64,000 nucleotides of DNA from Candidatus Nomurabacteria bacterium (GTDB taxonomy: Bacteria > Patescibacteriota > Minisyncoccia > Phycocordibacterales > UBA9973), in NCBI GenBank assembly GCA_031425235.1, contig JANPIZ010000001.1, positions 27,731 through 91,730 on the forward strand, given 5' to 3'. Shown here in pieces: positions 30,557-40,115 of this stretch. A program made the translations under genes and the position numbers. Position 1 is the first letter of the stretch. The number at the start of each line of letters is the position of its first letter. Below the pieces are notes generated by a model that saw nothing but the letters and a program-made list of their open reading frames with translations, did no database searches and was not told where the DNA came from.

Positions 30557-31159
30557 TTACATTTTACGAGAGAGCTTTTTTTTAATAGATGATTTAATTA
30601 TAAATATAACTAACACAATAAGCAGCAGGAACCCAATCGCAGTATATAAGCTGTCGAACACAGAAGTGAGGTATGTAAAACCGTAACCTGAAATAAAACC
30701 AAATGGCAGTATCACAAGTAGTGATAGGATGATTGCATATGACTCATAATACATAAACCTTCTGAAACTAATGTTTGTTTTATTTACATACATCGTCAGT
30801 ATAAGAGGAGTGCCTACTATGAACTTAATAAGAATAAGGGCAACTAAATGACTCCCATTACTCATCGCTGTCACGGCTTCAGTGATCGATGAAGTCGTAG
30901 TATTAGCATAACGGTGTAAGTATATGTTGCTCATAGTTTTTGTTTTGCCAATAAAAAACCACAAAATATTTGGAAGAAATGCTCCTAAAAAACTAACCAC
31001 AATAACAGGTACAACACCGAGAGCTCCCTGAGCAGCTAAAAACCCAAAGGTGAATAAGGCAAATTCTCCCCCGAGCGCGGCTCCTAAAAATATAATGACA
31101 TATTGAAAAGTCTGATGATTCAGTATAAATAAGCGCAGCCACTCGATGGATTCGATCAT
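30557..31159 (-). CDS. DedA/VTT-domain membrane protein
   Basis: 200 aa, multi-TM, with a SNARE-associated-like hydrophobic profile. Confidence 0.6.
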   Translation of the reverse strand: MIESIEWLRLFILNHQTFQYVIIFLGAALGGEFALFTFGFLAAQGALGVVPVIVVSFLGAFLPNILWFFIGKTKTMSNIYLHRYANTTTSSITEAVTAMSNGSHLVALILIKFIVGTPLILTMYVNKTNISFRRFMYYESYAIILSLLVILPFGFISGYGFTYLTSVFDSLYTAIGFLLLIVLVIFIIKSSIKKKLSRKM

Positions 31160-31197
31160 TCATACATTTTATCACTTAAACATGTTAGAATAAAGCG

Positions 31198-32442
31198 ATG
31201 AAAAATCAGGTAAAAATAGTAATTATAGGAAATGGCTTTGGTGGCATCTATACCCTGCAGAATCTACATCGACTCTTCCATAAAAATCCCCATATTGACA
31301 TCACGTTAATCGGTGAGAAAAACTACTTCCTCTTTACCCCACTTCTTCACGAAGTGGCAACAGGGGGCATCAATGCTGAAAATATAATCCAACCAATACG
31401 TACTATCTTGCGATGCTGTCTGAAAAATTTTTATCTTGGTAAAGCAGAGCACATAAACCCTATAGAAAAAACAGTTACAGTGCATGGTTACACACTCCCA
31501 TATGATTATTTGGTGCTCGCTCCAGGGGCAGAAACAAATTTTTATAATATTCCTGGCGCCGAAGTACATTCGTTCACCTTAAAATCAGTGGAAGATGCCC
31601 GCAAGATAAAGAACCACGTTATTAATCAAATGGAATGCGCTATTCACACTAAAAACGAATCTGAGCAAAAAAAGAAGCTCACCTTTACCGTAATCGGTGG
31701 TGGACCGACTGGTGTCGAACTTGCGACCGAACTCCAAGAACTCATTCAAGAAAACTTTTCTCATTTTTATAAAAAAAATATCATTCACAATACCTCTGTG
31801 GTTTTAATCCAAAGAGATAAAGATCTTGTACCTCAATTTAGTAAAAAAATGCGCTCCAAAAGTTTGGAGATTTTACAAAAAGAAGGAATCACGGTATTAC
31901 TAAACGCGGAAGTAAAGGAAGTAGGTAAAGAATATGTACGCCTCGCTGACCAGACCACTATAGAAACACAGACAGTCATTTGGGTAGCGGGTATCAAGCC
32001 AGTCATGTTGCAGTTCGACACTGAAATCGAACATTCAAAAATGGGCCAGTTATACGTAAATGAATACTTGCAATTAAAGGAACATCCTGAAATATTTGCC
32101 CTCGGCGACACCATTGCTTTTGAAGAAAATTTACAAAAATTCGCCCCAGCTCTCGCCCAAGCAGCTGAAAAAGAAGCCCACGTGGTTGCCGAAAATATCC
32201 AGGCACTTATCAAGCATAAATCCCTTAAACCCTTTACCTATCGCTCAAGTGGCACACTTATGTCACTCGGGCAGTGGAAAGCTATTGGAGAAGTTTTCAA
32301 TATAACATTTTCAGGAAATATCGCCTGGTGGATTTGGCGAACGATATATCTCTCAAAACTTATTTCACTACGAAAAAAGGTTGAAGTCGCTATCGATTGG
32401 ACCATCAACCTTTTTTCACCTCGAGACATTTCGCAGTTCTAA
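31198..32442 (+). CDS. FAD/NAD(P)-binding oxidoreductase, type II NADH dehydrogenase (NDH-2)-like
   Basis: 414 aa with two Rossmann motifs, IVIIGNGFGG and TVIGGGPTGVELA. Confidence 0.8.
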   Translation: MKNQVKIVIIGNGFGGIYTLQNLHRLFHKNPHIDITLIGEKNYFLFTPLLHEVATGGINAENIIQPIRTILRCCLKNFYLGKAEHINPIEKTVTVHGYTLPYDYLVLAPGAETNFYNIPGAEVHSFTLKSVEDARKIKNHVINQMECAIHTKNESEQKKKLTFTVIGGGPTGVELATELQELIQENFSHFYKKNIIHNTSVVLIQRDKDLVPQFSKKMRSKSLEILQKEGITVLLNAEVKEVGKEYVRLADQTTIETQTVIWVAGIKPVMLQFDTEIEHSKMGQLYVNEYLQLKEHPEIFALGDTIAFEENLQKFAPALAQAAEKEAHVVAENIQALIKHKSLKPFTYRSSGTLMSLGQWKAIGEVFNITFSGNIAWWIWRTIYLSKLISLRKKVEVAIDWTINLFSPRDISQF

Positions 32443-32465
32443 ATTCATAACATATTAACTTTTCT

Positions 32466-33146
32466 TTATTTTAATAGAAACCTTAAACTTGAAACTACCC
32501 GGATTTTTTTGAATTCAGGAGACCCTGGATCTTTGTCAGTAATGTCAAATACGCCTTGATTCCCTCTCGATATTCCCCCAATTTTTGAACCGGACTCGGT
32601 CGCAAACTGCTGGGCCGAGTCCTTTGCATTTTTTATCGCTTCGGCCAACATTTCCGGCTTCACGCTATTAATATCAGAAAATTGAAATTCAATTGAATTT
32701 TGATTTAACGTCACACCTTGTTTTACCAGTGTAAGTGTATCTGTGGAAGCAGATTTGACTAGGTCAACTTTTTTTGTGTATACCGAAAGCTGAGTAGTTG
32801 AATTGTATCTAAAGAGTGAACCGCTATATGTATCCTGGTAGATATTTACCGGTGCTATGTTTATTTCAGATACTTCAAACCCCTTAGCAGTGAGGAACGC
32901 TTGTACCGCTTTTGTATTTTTGTCTATCTGGGCATAGAGCGAGTCAACATCGTTCGATTTAACTTCAAATGTCATAGACCAAATAGCAACATCGGCTTTC
33001 ACTATCCTCTCGGACAAGCCTTTTACTTCCACGTAGGCACCTTGATCAGAAAAATTACCTGCCGCAATATAAAATGCAATTGAGAAAACAAGTATTCCGG
33101 CCGCGATAGCCACTTTTCCATAATATTTTAAATCTTCTTTTTGCAT
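32466..33146 (-). CDS. SIMPL (DUF541) domain secreted protein
   Basis: 226 aa with an N-terminal anchor and a GISRGNQGVF-like motif. Confidence 0.5.
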   Translation of the reverse strand: MQKEDLKYYGKVAIAAGILVFSIAFYIAAGNFSDQGAYVEVKGLSERIVKADVAIWSMTFEVKSNDVDSLYAQIDKNTKAVQAFLTAKGFEVSEINIAPVNIYQDTYSGSLFRYNSTTQLSVYTKKVDLVKSASTDTLTLVKQGVTLNQNSIEFQFSDINSVKPEMLAEAIKNAKDSAQQFATESGSKIGGISRGNQGVFDITDKDPGSPEFKKIRVVSSLRFLLK

Positions 33147-33152
33147 ATATTA

Positions 33153-33275
33153 TTATACTCGCTTTTTAGCAGGCTTTTTTGCAAGCATCGCCTTTTTTAC
33201 TGTTAAGCGCTTTTTGGTTTTGTGGGAACGCCTCGATTTTGGTCGCACACTTAGAGTTGTATTTCTTTTTGCCAT
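33153..33275 (-). CDS. Small highly basic protein (40 aa), possibly ribosomal bL34-like
   Basis: It is not in the track because it is shorter than 60 aa. Hand translation gives MAKRNTTLSVRPKSRRSHKTKKRLTVKKAMLAKKPAKKRV. An AGAGG Shine-Dalgarno-like sequence lies 10 nt upstream and a TACAAT box further upstream. The bL34 call is tentative because the HGFR motif is absent. Confidence 0.35.
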   Translation of the reverse strand: MAKRNTTLSVRPKSRRSHKTKKRLTVKKAMLAKKPAKKRV

Positions 33276-33463
33276 ATACTTGACCGCCTCTAGCGGTAAT
33301 TTTTATGTTATTTGTAATGTATGCCTATTGTAGCATGAAACTACAGTTTTGGATACCATTTTAATACCTCTATGAGTTTTTTCTTCTTTTCCGATTTTTC
33401 AGCTTGCTGTTGTGTTCAATCTTTATCTAAGATAAGACCTCCTTTTTCAAAATTCGTCATATT

Positions 33464-34021
33464 TTATCCCTGCTTTTTCAACCACGCCACCATTTTAGTA
33501 AAGGTTGCTTTTCCCGCTTCGCCGCTTGCAGTCAAGCCTTGAGCTTTTTGGAACGCCGCAACAGCTGTTTTGGTACTTGCTCCATAATCGTTATCAATTC
33601 TCTTTGAAGTTTTATTGTATAAGTTCAAGAACTTTTGTACGCTACCCACGGCAGGGCTCGCTGTTTTTAATTTTAACACCGTGCCTGCGTTCGCGAGTTT
33701 TTGTAATTCATTGATGAGAGTTTGATTTTTATATGTTGTCAGTGTGGTAGGTTTTTTAACTGGTGGAGTTGCAGTAGCAGGCTTTTCGGGTGTTTTGACA
33801 GGTTCTGTGGCAACGGGAGTCGTAGTGGGAGTTGCTACGAGCAGGGTGTTTAATTTTTCTACTTGTTGTTTAAGTTCTTCGTTCTCGGTTTCTAATGTTT
33901 TGATTTTTTGAATATTCACATGATCACTACCTGATTGCATAGTAATAAGGGCCCAATACCCTCCTAGCCCAACAACGCCAAGGGCGAATACTGAAATTAA
34001 AATAAATTTTAAGTTATCCAT
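33464..34021 (-). CDS. Membrane-anchored protein with a coiled coil, a Pro/Thr linker and a C-terminal peptidoglycan-binding (PG_binding_1-like) domain
   Basis: 185 aa. The C-terminus reads GSVQKFLNLYN...DNDYGASTKTAVAAFQKAQGLTASGEAGKATFTKM. Confidence 0.55.
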   Translation of the reverse strand: MDNLKFILISVFALGVVGLGGYWALITMQSGSDHVNIQKIKTLETENEELKQQVEKLNTLLVATPTTTPVATEPVKTPEKPATATPPVKKPTTLTTYKNQTLINELQKLANAGTVLKLKTASPAVGSVQKFLNLYNKTSKRIDNDYGASTKTAVAAFQKAQGLTASGEAGKATFTKMVAWLKKQG

Positions 34022-34101
34022 ATATCTATCTATTATAGAAAAATTTTCAACTATTGTCTACAAGTAAACCTAAACGTAAGAAATAGTTTATATTTATTTG
34101 A

Positions 34102-34590
34102 TTATTTTAGGTAAGTATCGAAGTATATAGCATGACAAGTATAGCCACTTGGATTTTTTACTAAATAATCTTGGTGATATTCTTCCGCTGGATAGAATTT
34201 GGTCAGTGGCTCGAGAGTAGTTACAACAGGATTCGGCCACCTCTTTGAATCATTTACTATGATTATAAATTCTTCAGCTTCTTTTTTTTCTTCTTCGTCA
34301 GCGTAAAAAATAGCTGACCGATATGAAGTACCTTTGTCATTTCCTTGTTGATTAAGTGTTGTAGGGTTATGTATTTGAAAGAAAAAGTCGAGCAATTTTT
34401 TATATGAAGTTTGTTCAGAATTATATTCTATCTCTACTGCTTCCGCATGCCCATCATGATTATGATACGTAGGATTTTCCACACTACCACCTGTATATCC
34501 AACAGTTGTATTGATTACTCCCTCTTGTTTTCTTATAAGGTCTTCGAGCCCCCAAAAACATCCTCCGGCAAGTACTATTTTTTTTATCAT
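34102..34590 (-). CDS. msrA: Peptide methionine sulfoxide reductase A
   Basis: 162 aa with the GGCFWG motif. Confidence 0.9.
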   Translation of the reverse strand: MIKKIVLAGGCFWGLEDLIRKQEGVINTTVGYTGGSVENPTYHNHDGHAEAVEIEYNSEQTSYKKLLDFFFQIHNPTTLNQQGNDKGTSYRSAIFYADEEEKKEAEEFIIIVNDSKRWPNPVVTTLEPLTKFYPAEEYHQDYLVKNPSGYTCHAIYFDTYLK

Positions 34591-34750
34591 ATTTTTATTT
34601 TACAGTATATTACTTTTTATTTAAACCTAGTTGATACAAACTTTTCCTGATTATTCTTAAGTGGCTGCATAATGCATAAAATGCAAAAGTGAAAGCCGCA
34701 TCAAAATTTTTATATCGTGATGCGGCAAGTCATAATAAAATTATTACGAC

Positions 34751-35206
34751 TTATTTCTTAAATTCTGAAGAACAAAGCTGTTCTTCCACTAAAAGTACTT
34801 TATTGTCTATTCCACAATACACAAGGAAAAAGCACTTACCTACCAATACCTCATTTTTCACAAAAAAGATAGTTTTTTGATCCCACTTTAAAGTAAAAAT
34901 CTTTTCGCTTGGATTCTTTCGATTTAGCGAAAAATACTTTATTTCAAAGACGGGACCTGATAGCAAGAATGAAATTTGAACATTGTCATATTTCATCCAC
35001 TCCCACCAGTCTAACTTTTTATGTAAATTTCTGTGAATAACCAAGGGGTCTTTATTTACAACTGTCGATATTGGTTTTTGTTTTGTTTTTTTAGGTACGA
35101 CTTTGATAGTCCTATTTTTCTTTAGCGTGAGAGGCTTTTGAGCTTCAGCGACTAATGTTAAAGAAAAGAAAACAAAAAATAATATAAGTAGCTTGGCGAC
35201 ACGCAT
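34751..35206 (-). CDS. Secreted hypothetical protein
   Basis: The signal peptide is MRVAKLLILFFVFFSLTLVAEA, taking the internal start. It has no recognisable domain. Confidence 0.4.
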   Translation of the reverse strand: MRVAKLLILFFVFFSLTLVAEAQKPLTLKKNRTIKVVPKKTKQKPISTVVNKDPLVIHRNLHKKLDWWEWMKYDNVQISFLLSGPVFEIKYFSLNRKNPSEKIFTLKWDQKTIFFVKNEVLVGKCFFLVYCGIDNKVLLVEEQLCSSEFKK

Positions 35207-35311
35207 CGCCAAGTTTTTAGCCTTGGACATATTGTATGCCACCTCCATTTACGACTATATACCTATTAGCTAAAAAGTAAATACTTCCTATTATTTTGGT
35301 ATAATAACCCT

Positions 35312-35569
35312 ATGTCTAGTAAGGAAATAAAAAATAGCACGGTGCACAAAATACCGCCAGACTTACAAAAAGCCCTTATATCTACAAAAACTGCTTTTTC
35401 GATATGGGAAGACATAACACCACTCGCACGTAATGAGTGGATATGTTGGGTTACCTCTCCTAAAAAGGAGGAAACAAGAATTATTCGTATAGAGAAAGCT
35501 ATTTCAAAACTTACGGGTGGAATGCGTCGCCCTTGTTGCTGGGCTGGGTGCACTCACCGTACAAAATAA
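35312..35569 (+). CDS. YdeI/OmpD-associated family protein
   Basis: 85 aa. IPPDLQKAL...AFSIWEDITPLARNEWICWVTSPKKEETRIIRIEKAISKL fits the YdeI pattern. Confidence 0.5.
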   Translation: MSSKEIKNSTVHKIPPDLQKALISTKTAFSIWEDITPLARNEWICWVTSPKKEETRIIRIEKAISKLTGGMRRPCCWAGCTHRTK

Positions 35570-35617
35570 TTATAACCCAAAAGTAATTATTCCCTTTCCC
35601 GTTCGTCTATAATATAT

Positions 35618-36247
35618 ATGAAAATACAGACACAGCTGAAACAAGGCAAAGCTCTTATTTCTACGGATCGCATTGAGATATATGTTTTAGCCCTTGTAAA
35701 TCTTTTCTTAATTCTTGCAATAAGCATTGGAGGGAATGGCTTTTTTCACAGTGCTTTTGTTTCTATCGGACTTATAACTAATATTACTGCATTCAGCATT
35801 ATTTTTTTTACCAACACCCCATCGTTCAAAAAAATTTCAAAAAAAGAAATACCTATACTTACAATACTAGCTATGGAAATAATTTTATTGTTGGGAATAC
35901 CGCTTTTACCCTTAATAAAGGGTCCTCTCTTTTTACAATTTCTCATTGTTGCGAGCATGCAACTTTCAGTTTCATTTTTCTTTTGGAAAATATATGAACG
36001 TGAAGTAAGTGAACTTAGTAGATTTTTTATATTTAATATTTCTCTACTCTACGAATATGTCTCCCCTCGACTTGTATATACACACTTCATACCTCACATT
36101 TCTCGATTAAAACTTTTCATCATTCTTAAATTGGAAAAATTCCAGCAACTATTGGTATATATGACGAATGGTATCTGGACACGCATTAGTCATATACTGC
36201 CTGAGTGGTTATTTTTAAAGAAGCAACAAACAAGAAGTGTCAGGTAA
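35618..36247 (+). CDS. Hypothetical integral membrane protein
   Basis: 209 aa with several hydrophobic helices. Confidence 0.45.
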   Translation: MKIQTQLKQGKALISTDRIEIYVLALVNLFLILAISIGGNGFFHSAFVSIGLITNITAFSIIFFTNTPSFKKISKKEIPILTILAMEIILLLGIPLLPLIKGPLFLQFLIVASMQLSVSFFFWKIYEREVSELSRFFIFNISLLYEYVSPRLVYTHFIPHISRLKLFIILKLEKFQQLLVYMTNGIWTRISHILPEWLFLKKQQTRSVR

Positions 36248-36430
36248 GTTCCCATACTAAGACTAAGAACATCCCTACTCTGCTTCAATTTTTTTATTCA
36301 CTACATCACGATGCGCTTTAGACTTATACGTTATCCAAGAAAACACCACTGTTTTCATCGCTATAATATTATACCATAAAACTTCTATATAAGGAAAAGA
36401 AACGTCTTGTTTAGAATTTTGAAAAAGTAA

Positions 36431-37252
36431 TTATCGCCCTAACATCCTTACAGCTCGGACGAATAAAGTCTGCCACCACGGAGCAGAATAACGCAATCTC
36501 GGTTTTTCATCTTCGACTGCTTTAACGATTTTTTTAACAATAGAATCAGTACTTTGAAGCTCAAATGATTTAAATAGCCTATCTTCCCTGTTTTTTATCT
36601 TATTAATTATTTTAAAAAAATGAGATGTATTGTCTAACCATTCATACTTGGTAGCGACAACCCGTTGGTTAAATCCAGTGTGGTATGTGCCTGGTTCTAT
36701 TACCGAAATAAAAACTTTATTACTGATCTCTTTGATTTCTTGTCGCATTACATCAGCGGCGGCGGATAAAGCGAATTTCGTCATGTTGTATGTTCCCCAG
36801 TACGGCATAACCATTCTCCCCGCCAGAGAACTAATAAAAATAACCCTACCAGAGCCTCTTGCTATCATTGCTTTTAAAACAGTTTGAGTCAATTCTAAAG
36901 TACTAAAAACGTTTACCTCAAAATTATTCCTAACACGCTGTATGGGAATTTCTGACAAAGGACCCGATTCTCCAATTCCAGCATTATTTATAAGGATATC
37001 TATTTGTACATTTTCTAATTTCTGCACATCTTCTTTGGAAGTGATGTCTAATTTAAAAACTTCAAAAGACACATTGTGCTTTTTGGCATACTCTTTGAGG
37101 TCTTCGACAGATTCGTCAAGGTGAACCGTAGCGATAACTTTGTGTCCCCTCTTAGCCAAAGCAACAGCAGCATCACGGCCGATGCCACCTCTTGAGCCTG
37201 TTATCAAGATTGTTTTAGTATATATGGAATTTAATTTTATTCCTTTCGCCAT
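36431..37252 (-). CDS. Short-chain dehydrogenase/reductase (SDR)
   Basis: 273 aa with TGSRGGIG, NNAG and YNMTK (the YxxxK motif). Confidence 0.85.
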   Translation of the reverse strand: MAKGIKLNSIYTKTILITGSRGGIGRDAAVALAKRGHKVIATVHLDESVEDLKEYAKKHNVSFEVFKLDITSKEDVQKLENVQIDILINNAGIGESGPLSEIPIQRVRNNFEVNVFSTLELTQTVLKAMIARGSGRVIFISSLAGRMVMPYWGTYNMTKFALSAAADVMRQEIKEISNKVFISVIEPGTYHTGFNQRVVATKYEWLDNTSHFFKIINKIKNREDRLFKSFELQSTDSIVKKIVKAVEDEKPRLRYSAPWWQTLFVRAVRMLGR

Positions 37253-37485
37253 TTTATCTGAAATTCAAGCTCTTCGTTATTTTTATCCTTTTCATGTTCT
37301 ATGTTTATGAGTGCATTTTTAGGAACATCTATTTTAGCCCCTGCGACTTGAATGGAAAACTTCTTTCCTTTTTCTAAAGAATCTGCCAAACGACGTAGTT
37401 TTTTAATAAACTCGCTTTTTGTATAGACTTTCTCAATATCTCTTGTCTTTATTTTTCTCATAGGTATATTATAGCATAATTTCAC
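37237..37485 (-). CDS. amphi-Trp domain protein
   Basis: 82 aa. LRRLADSLEKGKKFSIQVAGAKIDVPKNALINIEHEKDKNNEELEFQIKW is present. It overlaps the SDR gene by 16 nt. Confidence 0.5.
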   Translation of the reverse strand: MKLCYNIPMRKIKTRDIEKVYTKSEFIKKLRRLADSLEKGKKFSIQVAGAKIDVPKNALINIEHEKDKNNEELEFQIKWRKE

Positions 37486-37517
37486 ACTCTTAAATTAGAT
37501 AAAAAATTCATTAGTAT

Positions 37518-38063
37518 TTATTGACAAGATCCTTCCGTCCAAGAATCCGCGGATTCAAGAGCTTTTTTTATTTTTTCGTTTCCTGGATATTTATTTAATA
37601 AGTTCAATTTATCATTTTCAATCGTATAACATTGGTCTGCCTCAATACCCTGTTCAACTTGAACCTGTCTTTCTGGACCACCATAACCAGATTCTTCGCT
37701 CCAATGATTACATATCATAATTCTGTTGACTATCGGCTCAAGATCGCTTGGTAGGCCTTGAGTTATATTTTTTGAAAATTCCCCGTCTGTGCAAGAAGAT
37801 TTTTTAATAACAATACTTGAGTCAATAAGAGTGTTGAACTGACCCCCTGTTGGTCTTTCATTGCTCTTTGAATCTTCCCCAGTTGGGATATCGCCATTTT
37901 GAAATGTATCCTTGAGGCCTGTCTGTTGAACCTCGATAGGTTTATCTCCTTTTTCAAAATAACTTTTTAATATATTGCGATTAACAACTGCAAATGTTCC
38001 ACCGCCGACTAAAACTACAATTAATATAATAATTAAGGGAGCAAATCCTTTTTGATTTTTCAT
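37518..38063 (-). CDS. Secreted/anchored hypothetical protein with 4 Cys
   Basis: 181 aa. The N-terminus MKNQKGFAPLIIILIVVLVGG is hydrophobic. It is pilin-like but lacks the Glu at position +5. Confidence 0.45.
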   Translation of the reverse strand: MKNQKGFAPLIIILIVVLVGGGTFAVVNRNILKSYFEKGDKPIEVQQTGLKDTFQNGDIPTGEDSKSNERPTGGQFNTLIDSSIVIKKSSCTDGEFSKNITQGLPSDLEPIVNRIMICNHWSEESGYGGPERQVQVEQGIEADQCYTIENDKLNLLNKYPGNEKIKKALESADSWTEGSCQ

Positions 38064-38065
38064 AT

Positions 38066-38185
38066 ATAAATTTTATCACAAAAGAGAAGACCCAGCTACT
38101 CCAAGCTTGAGGTAGACAAGCCATCAAGGCGTTTTCACTTTCTTTACTATTATTTTCAATTTTTATCACCAGTGCATGCACTTTT
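38066..38185 (-). pseudogene. marR remnant (internally deleted copy of the MarR gene at 42271..42753)
   Basis: 38101-38185 matches 42341-42425 at about 85% nucleotide identity. The residual translation MHALVIKIENNSKESENALMA compares with MarR GHAFVIQIEKIISKESEKWLDG. The MarR start-codon region is also retained near 38195-38215. Confidence 0.5.
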
Positions 38186-38273
38186 TTGTATTTTAAACAT
38201 GTTTAAGATGTTTATAGGTATCCTTATATAAACTTTTCCACAGGTAGTTTATAGTACTTTTTTTTCGGGTGTG

Positions 38274-38298
38274 ATATACTTAAGTGAGTTAAGTATAT
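38274..38298. promoter_or_regulatory. Predicted MarR operator copy A (ATATACTTAA-gtgag-TTAAGTATAT) upstream of the DUF4331 gene
   Basis: 10-bp inverted-repeat arms. They are near-identical to the perfect palindrome at 42808..42830. Confidence 0.5.
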
Positions 38299-38380
38299 GG
38301 TCGATGTGTAATATTATAAAATATGTGTAAAATATTATTTTCAAATAATATTTAATTATTAACTAATAAAAAATAAAAAC

Positions 38381-39997
38381 ATGATAAATAAAAAAATAAT
38401 TTTTGGATTTATTGCAGTGGCGCTCGTGATCTCAACTACTTTCCAAGTATTTGCTTCAAGCCACCGAGAAGCACCACTTATTAGTGGTGATCCAAAAGTT
38501 GATGCTACAGATCTATATGCATTCGTAAGTCCCGACAACAAAGAGATGGTGACACTTATCGCAAATTATATCCCATTTGAAGAACCTGCAGGAGGTCCAA
38601 ACTTTGATTCTTTTGATGATAAAGCTCTGTACGAAATAAAAATAGATAATGATGGTGATGCAAAACCAGACATTGTATACCAATTTAGATTCAAAACAAC
38701 AGTTGGTAATAAAGATACATTCCTGTATAATACCGGAGCTATAAATTCTCTTTCTGATACAAATTGGAACGTTAAACAAACATATACGTTAACAAAAGTT
38801 GAAGACGGAGAAAGTGTAATTTTGGGAACTGATTTAAAAATGGCTCCTGTAAACATAGGACCTAAATCAACCCCTAATTACGCCGCACTTCAAGCACAAT
38901 CTATCAACTCTATACCGGGCGGCGGAAAAGTATTTGCAGGACAAAGTGATGATCCATTCTTCGTAGACCTTGGAAGTCTTTTTGATCTTCTTACTATACG
39001 AAAACTTCCTGGAAATAATGGAGGTGGAGTAAACACTACTCAAGGATCAAATGTTCATTCATTGGCACTTCAAATTCCAACGAAAGAACTTACGAGCAAT
39101 AAAATTATGCCGACAGATCCAAAAGATCCAAAAGCAGTGATTGGGGTTTGGACTACTGCATCTAGGCAAGCAACAAGAGTCCTTGGATCATCTGGCACTC
39201 AAAATGATTCAGGAGATTGGATCCAAGTTTCAAGACTTGGCTCTCCACTCGTGAATGAAGTTGTAGCTCCTTTAGGTGCTAAAGATTTATTTAATTCTTC
39301 AAAGCCAGAAAATGACGCTCAGTTCGCAAATGCAGTAACTGATCCTGAGGTTGGAAAACTTCTAAAAGCTTTATATGGAATAAAAGTTCCTCCTCAAGGC
39401 GTGTTTGGTTCACCATCACAGAGAGATGATCTTATAGCTATATTCCTAACTGGAATTCCAGATCTTACAAAGTCAGAAATAGGAACTCCGGCAGAAGAAC
39501 TTAGATTGAATGTAGCTATCCCTCCAACAATAAACCCAAACAAAATGGGAGTATTAGGAGGTGACATGCAGGGATATCCAAACGGGCGAAGACTTGGTGA
39601 CGATGTAATAGATATTTCTTTGCAAGCAATTGCAGGAGCAGCATATCCCCTTTTTCACCCAGATTTTGTTGTTGACCCAACTGGAGCAAAACTCGGTGAT
39701 GGAGTAGACACCAATGATGTTGCATTTAGAGGATCGTTCCCCTATTTAGCAATCCCAAATCAAGGATATGAAAGTGTGCCGCATGCAAAAAATGGTGTGG
39801 CGCAATGCGGAATCGGTAGGACTCTCACACGAGGCACTAAAGGCGAAGATGTACGATGTCTCCAAAGATATTTAATCCTTAAAGGCTTTCTAGGAGCAAA
39901 TGGAGCTGATGGTAATTTTGGACTTATGACACAGAAAGCTGTAATACAATGGCAAACAAGTTCTAATATGTCACAAACTGGATCAGTGACGAACTAA
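38381..39997 (+). CDS. DUF4331-family secreted protein with a C-terminal peptidoglycan-binding domain
   Basis: 538 aa. After the signal peptide comes the hallmark SSHREAPLIS. The C-terminus RGTKGEDVRCLQRYLILKGFLGANGADGNFGLMTQKAVIQWQ is PG_binding_1-like. Confidence 0.7.
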   Translation: MINKKIIFGFIAVALVISTTFQVFASSHREAPLISGDPKVDATDLYAFVSPDNKEMVTLIANYIPFEEPAGGPNFDSFDDKALYEIKIDNDGDAKPDIVYQFRFKTTVGNKDTFLYNTGAINSLSDTNWNVKQTYTLTKVEDGESVILGTDLKMAPVNIGPKSTPNYAALQAQSINSIPGGGKVFAGQSDDPFFVDLGSLFDLLTIRKLPGNNGGGVNTTQGSNVHSLALQIPTKELTSNKIMPTDPKDPKAVIGVWTTASRQATRVLGSSGTQNDSGDWIQVSRLGSPLVNEVVAPLGAKDLFNSSKPENDAQFANAVTDPEVGKLLKALYGIKVPPQGVFGSPSQRDDLIAIFLTGIPDLTKSEIGTPAEELRLNVAIPPTINPNKMGVLGGDMQGYPNGRRLGDDVIDISLQAIAGAAYPLFHPDFVVDPTGAKLGDGVDTNDVAFRGSFPYLAIPNQGYESVPHAKNGVAQCGIGRTLTRGTKGEDVRCLQRYLILKGFLGANGADGNFGLMTQKAVIQWQTSSNMSQTGSVTN

Positions 39998-40115
39998 TAG
40001 ATATATGTTGCTAAAAAATAAATCAGCAAGTAAGCATTAAGATTTATTTTAAGTGCTATCATGAAAACATAAAATGAGCATGATAGCACGATCAAATAAA
40101 CCTTTATAAATAATT

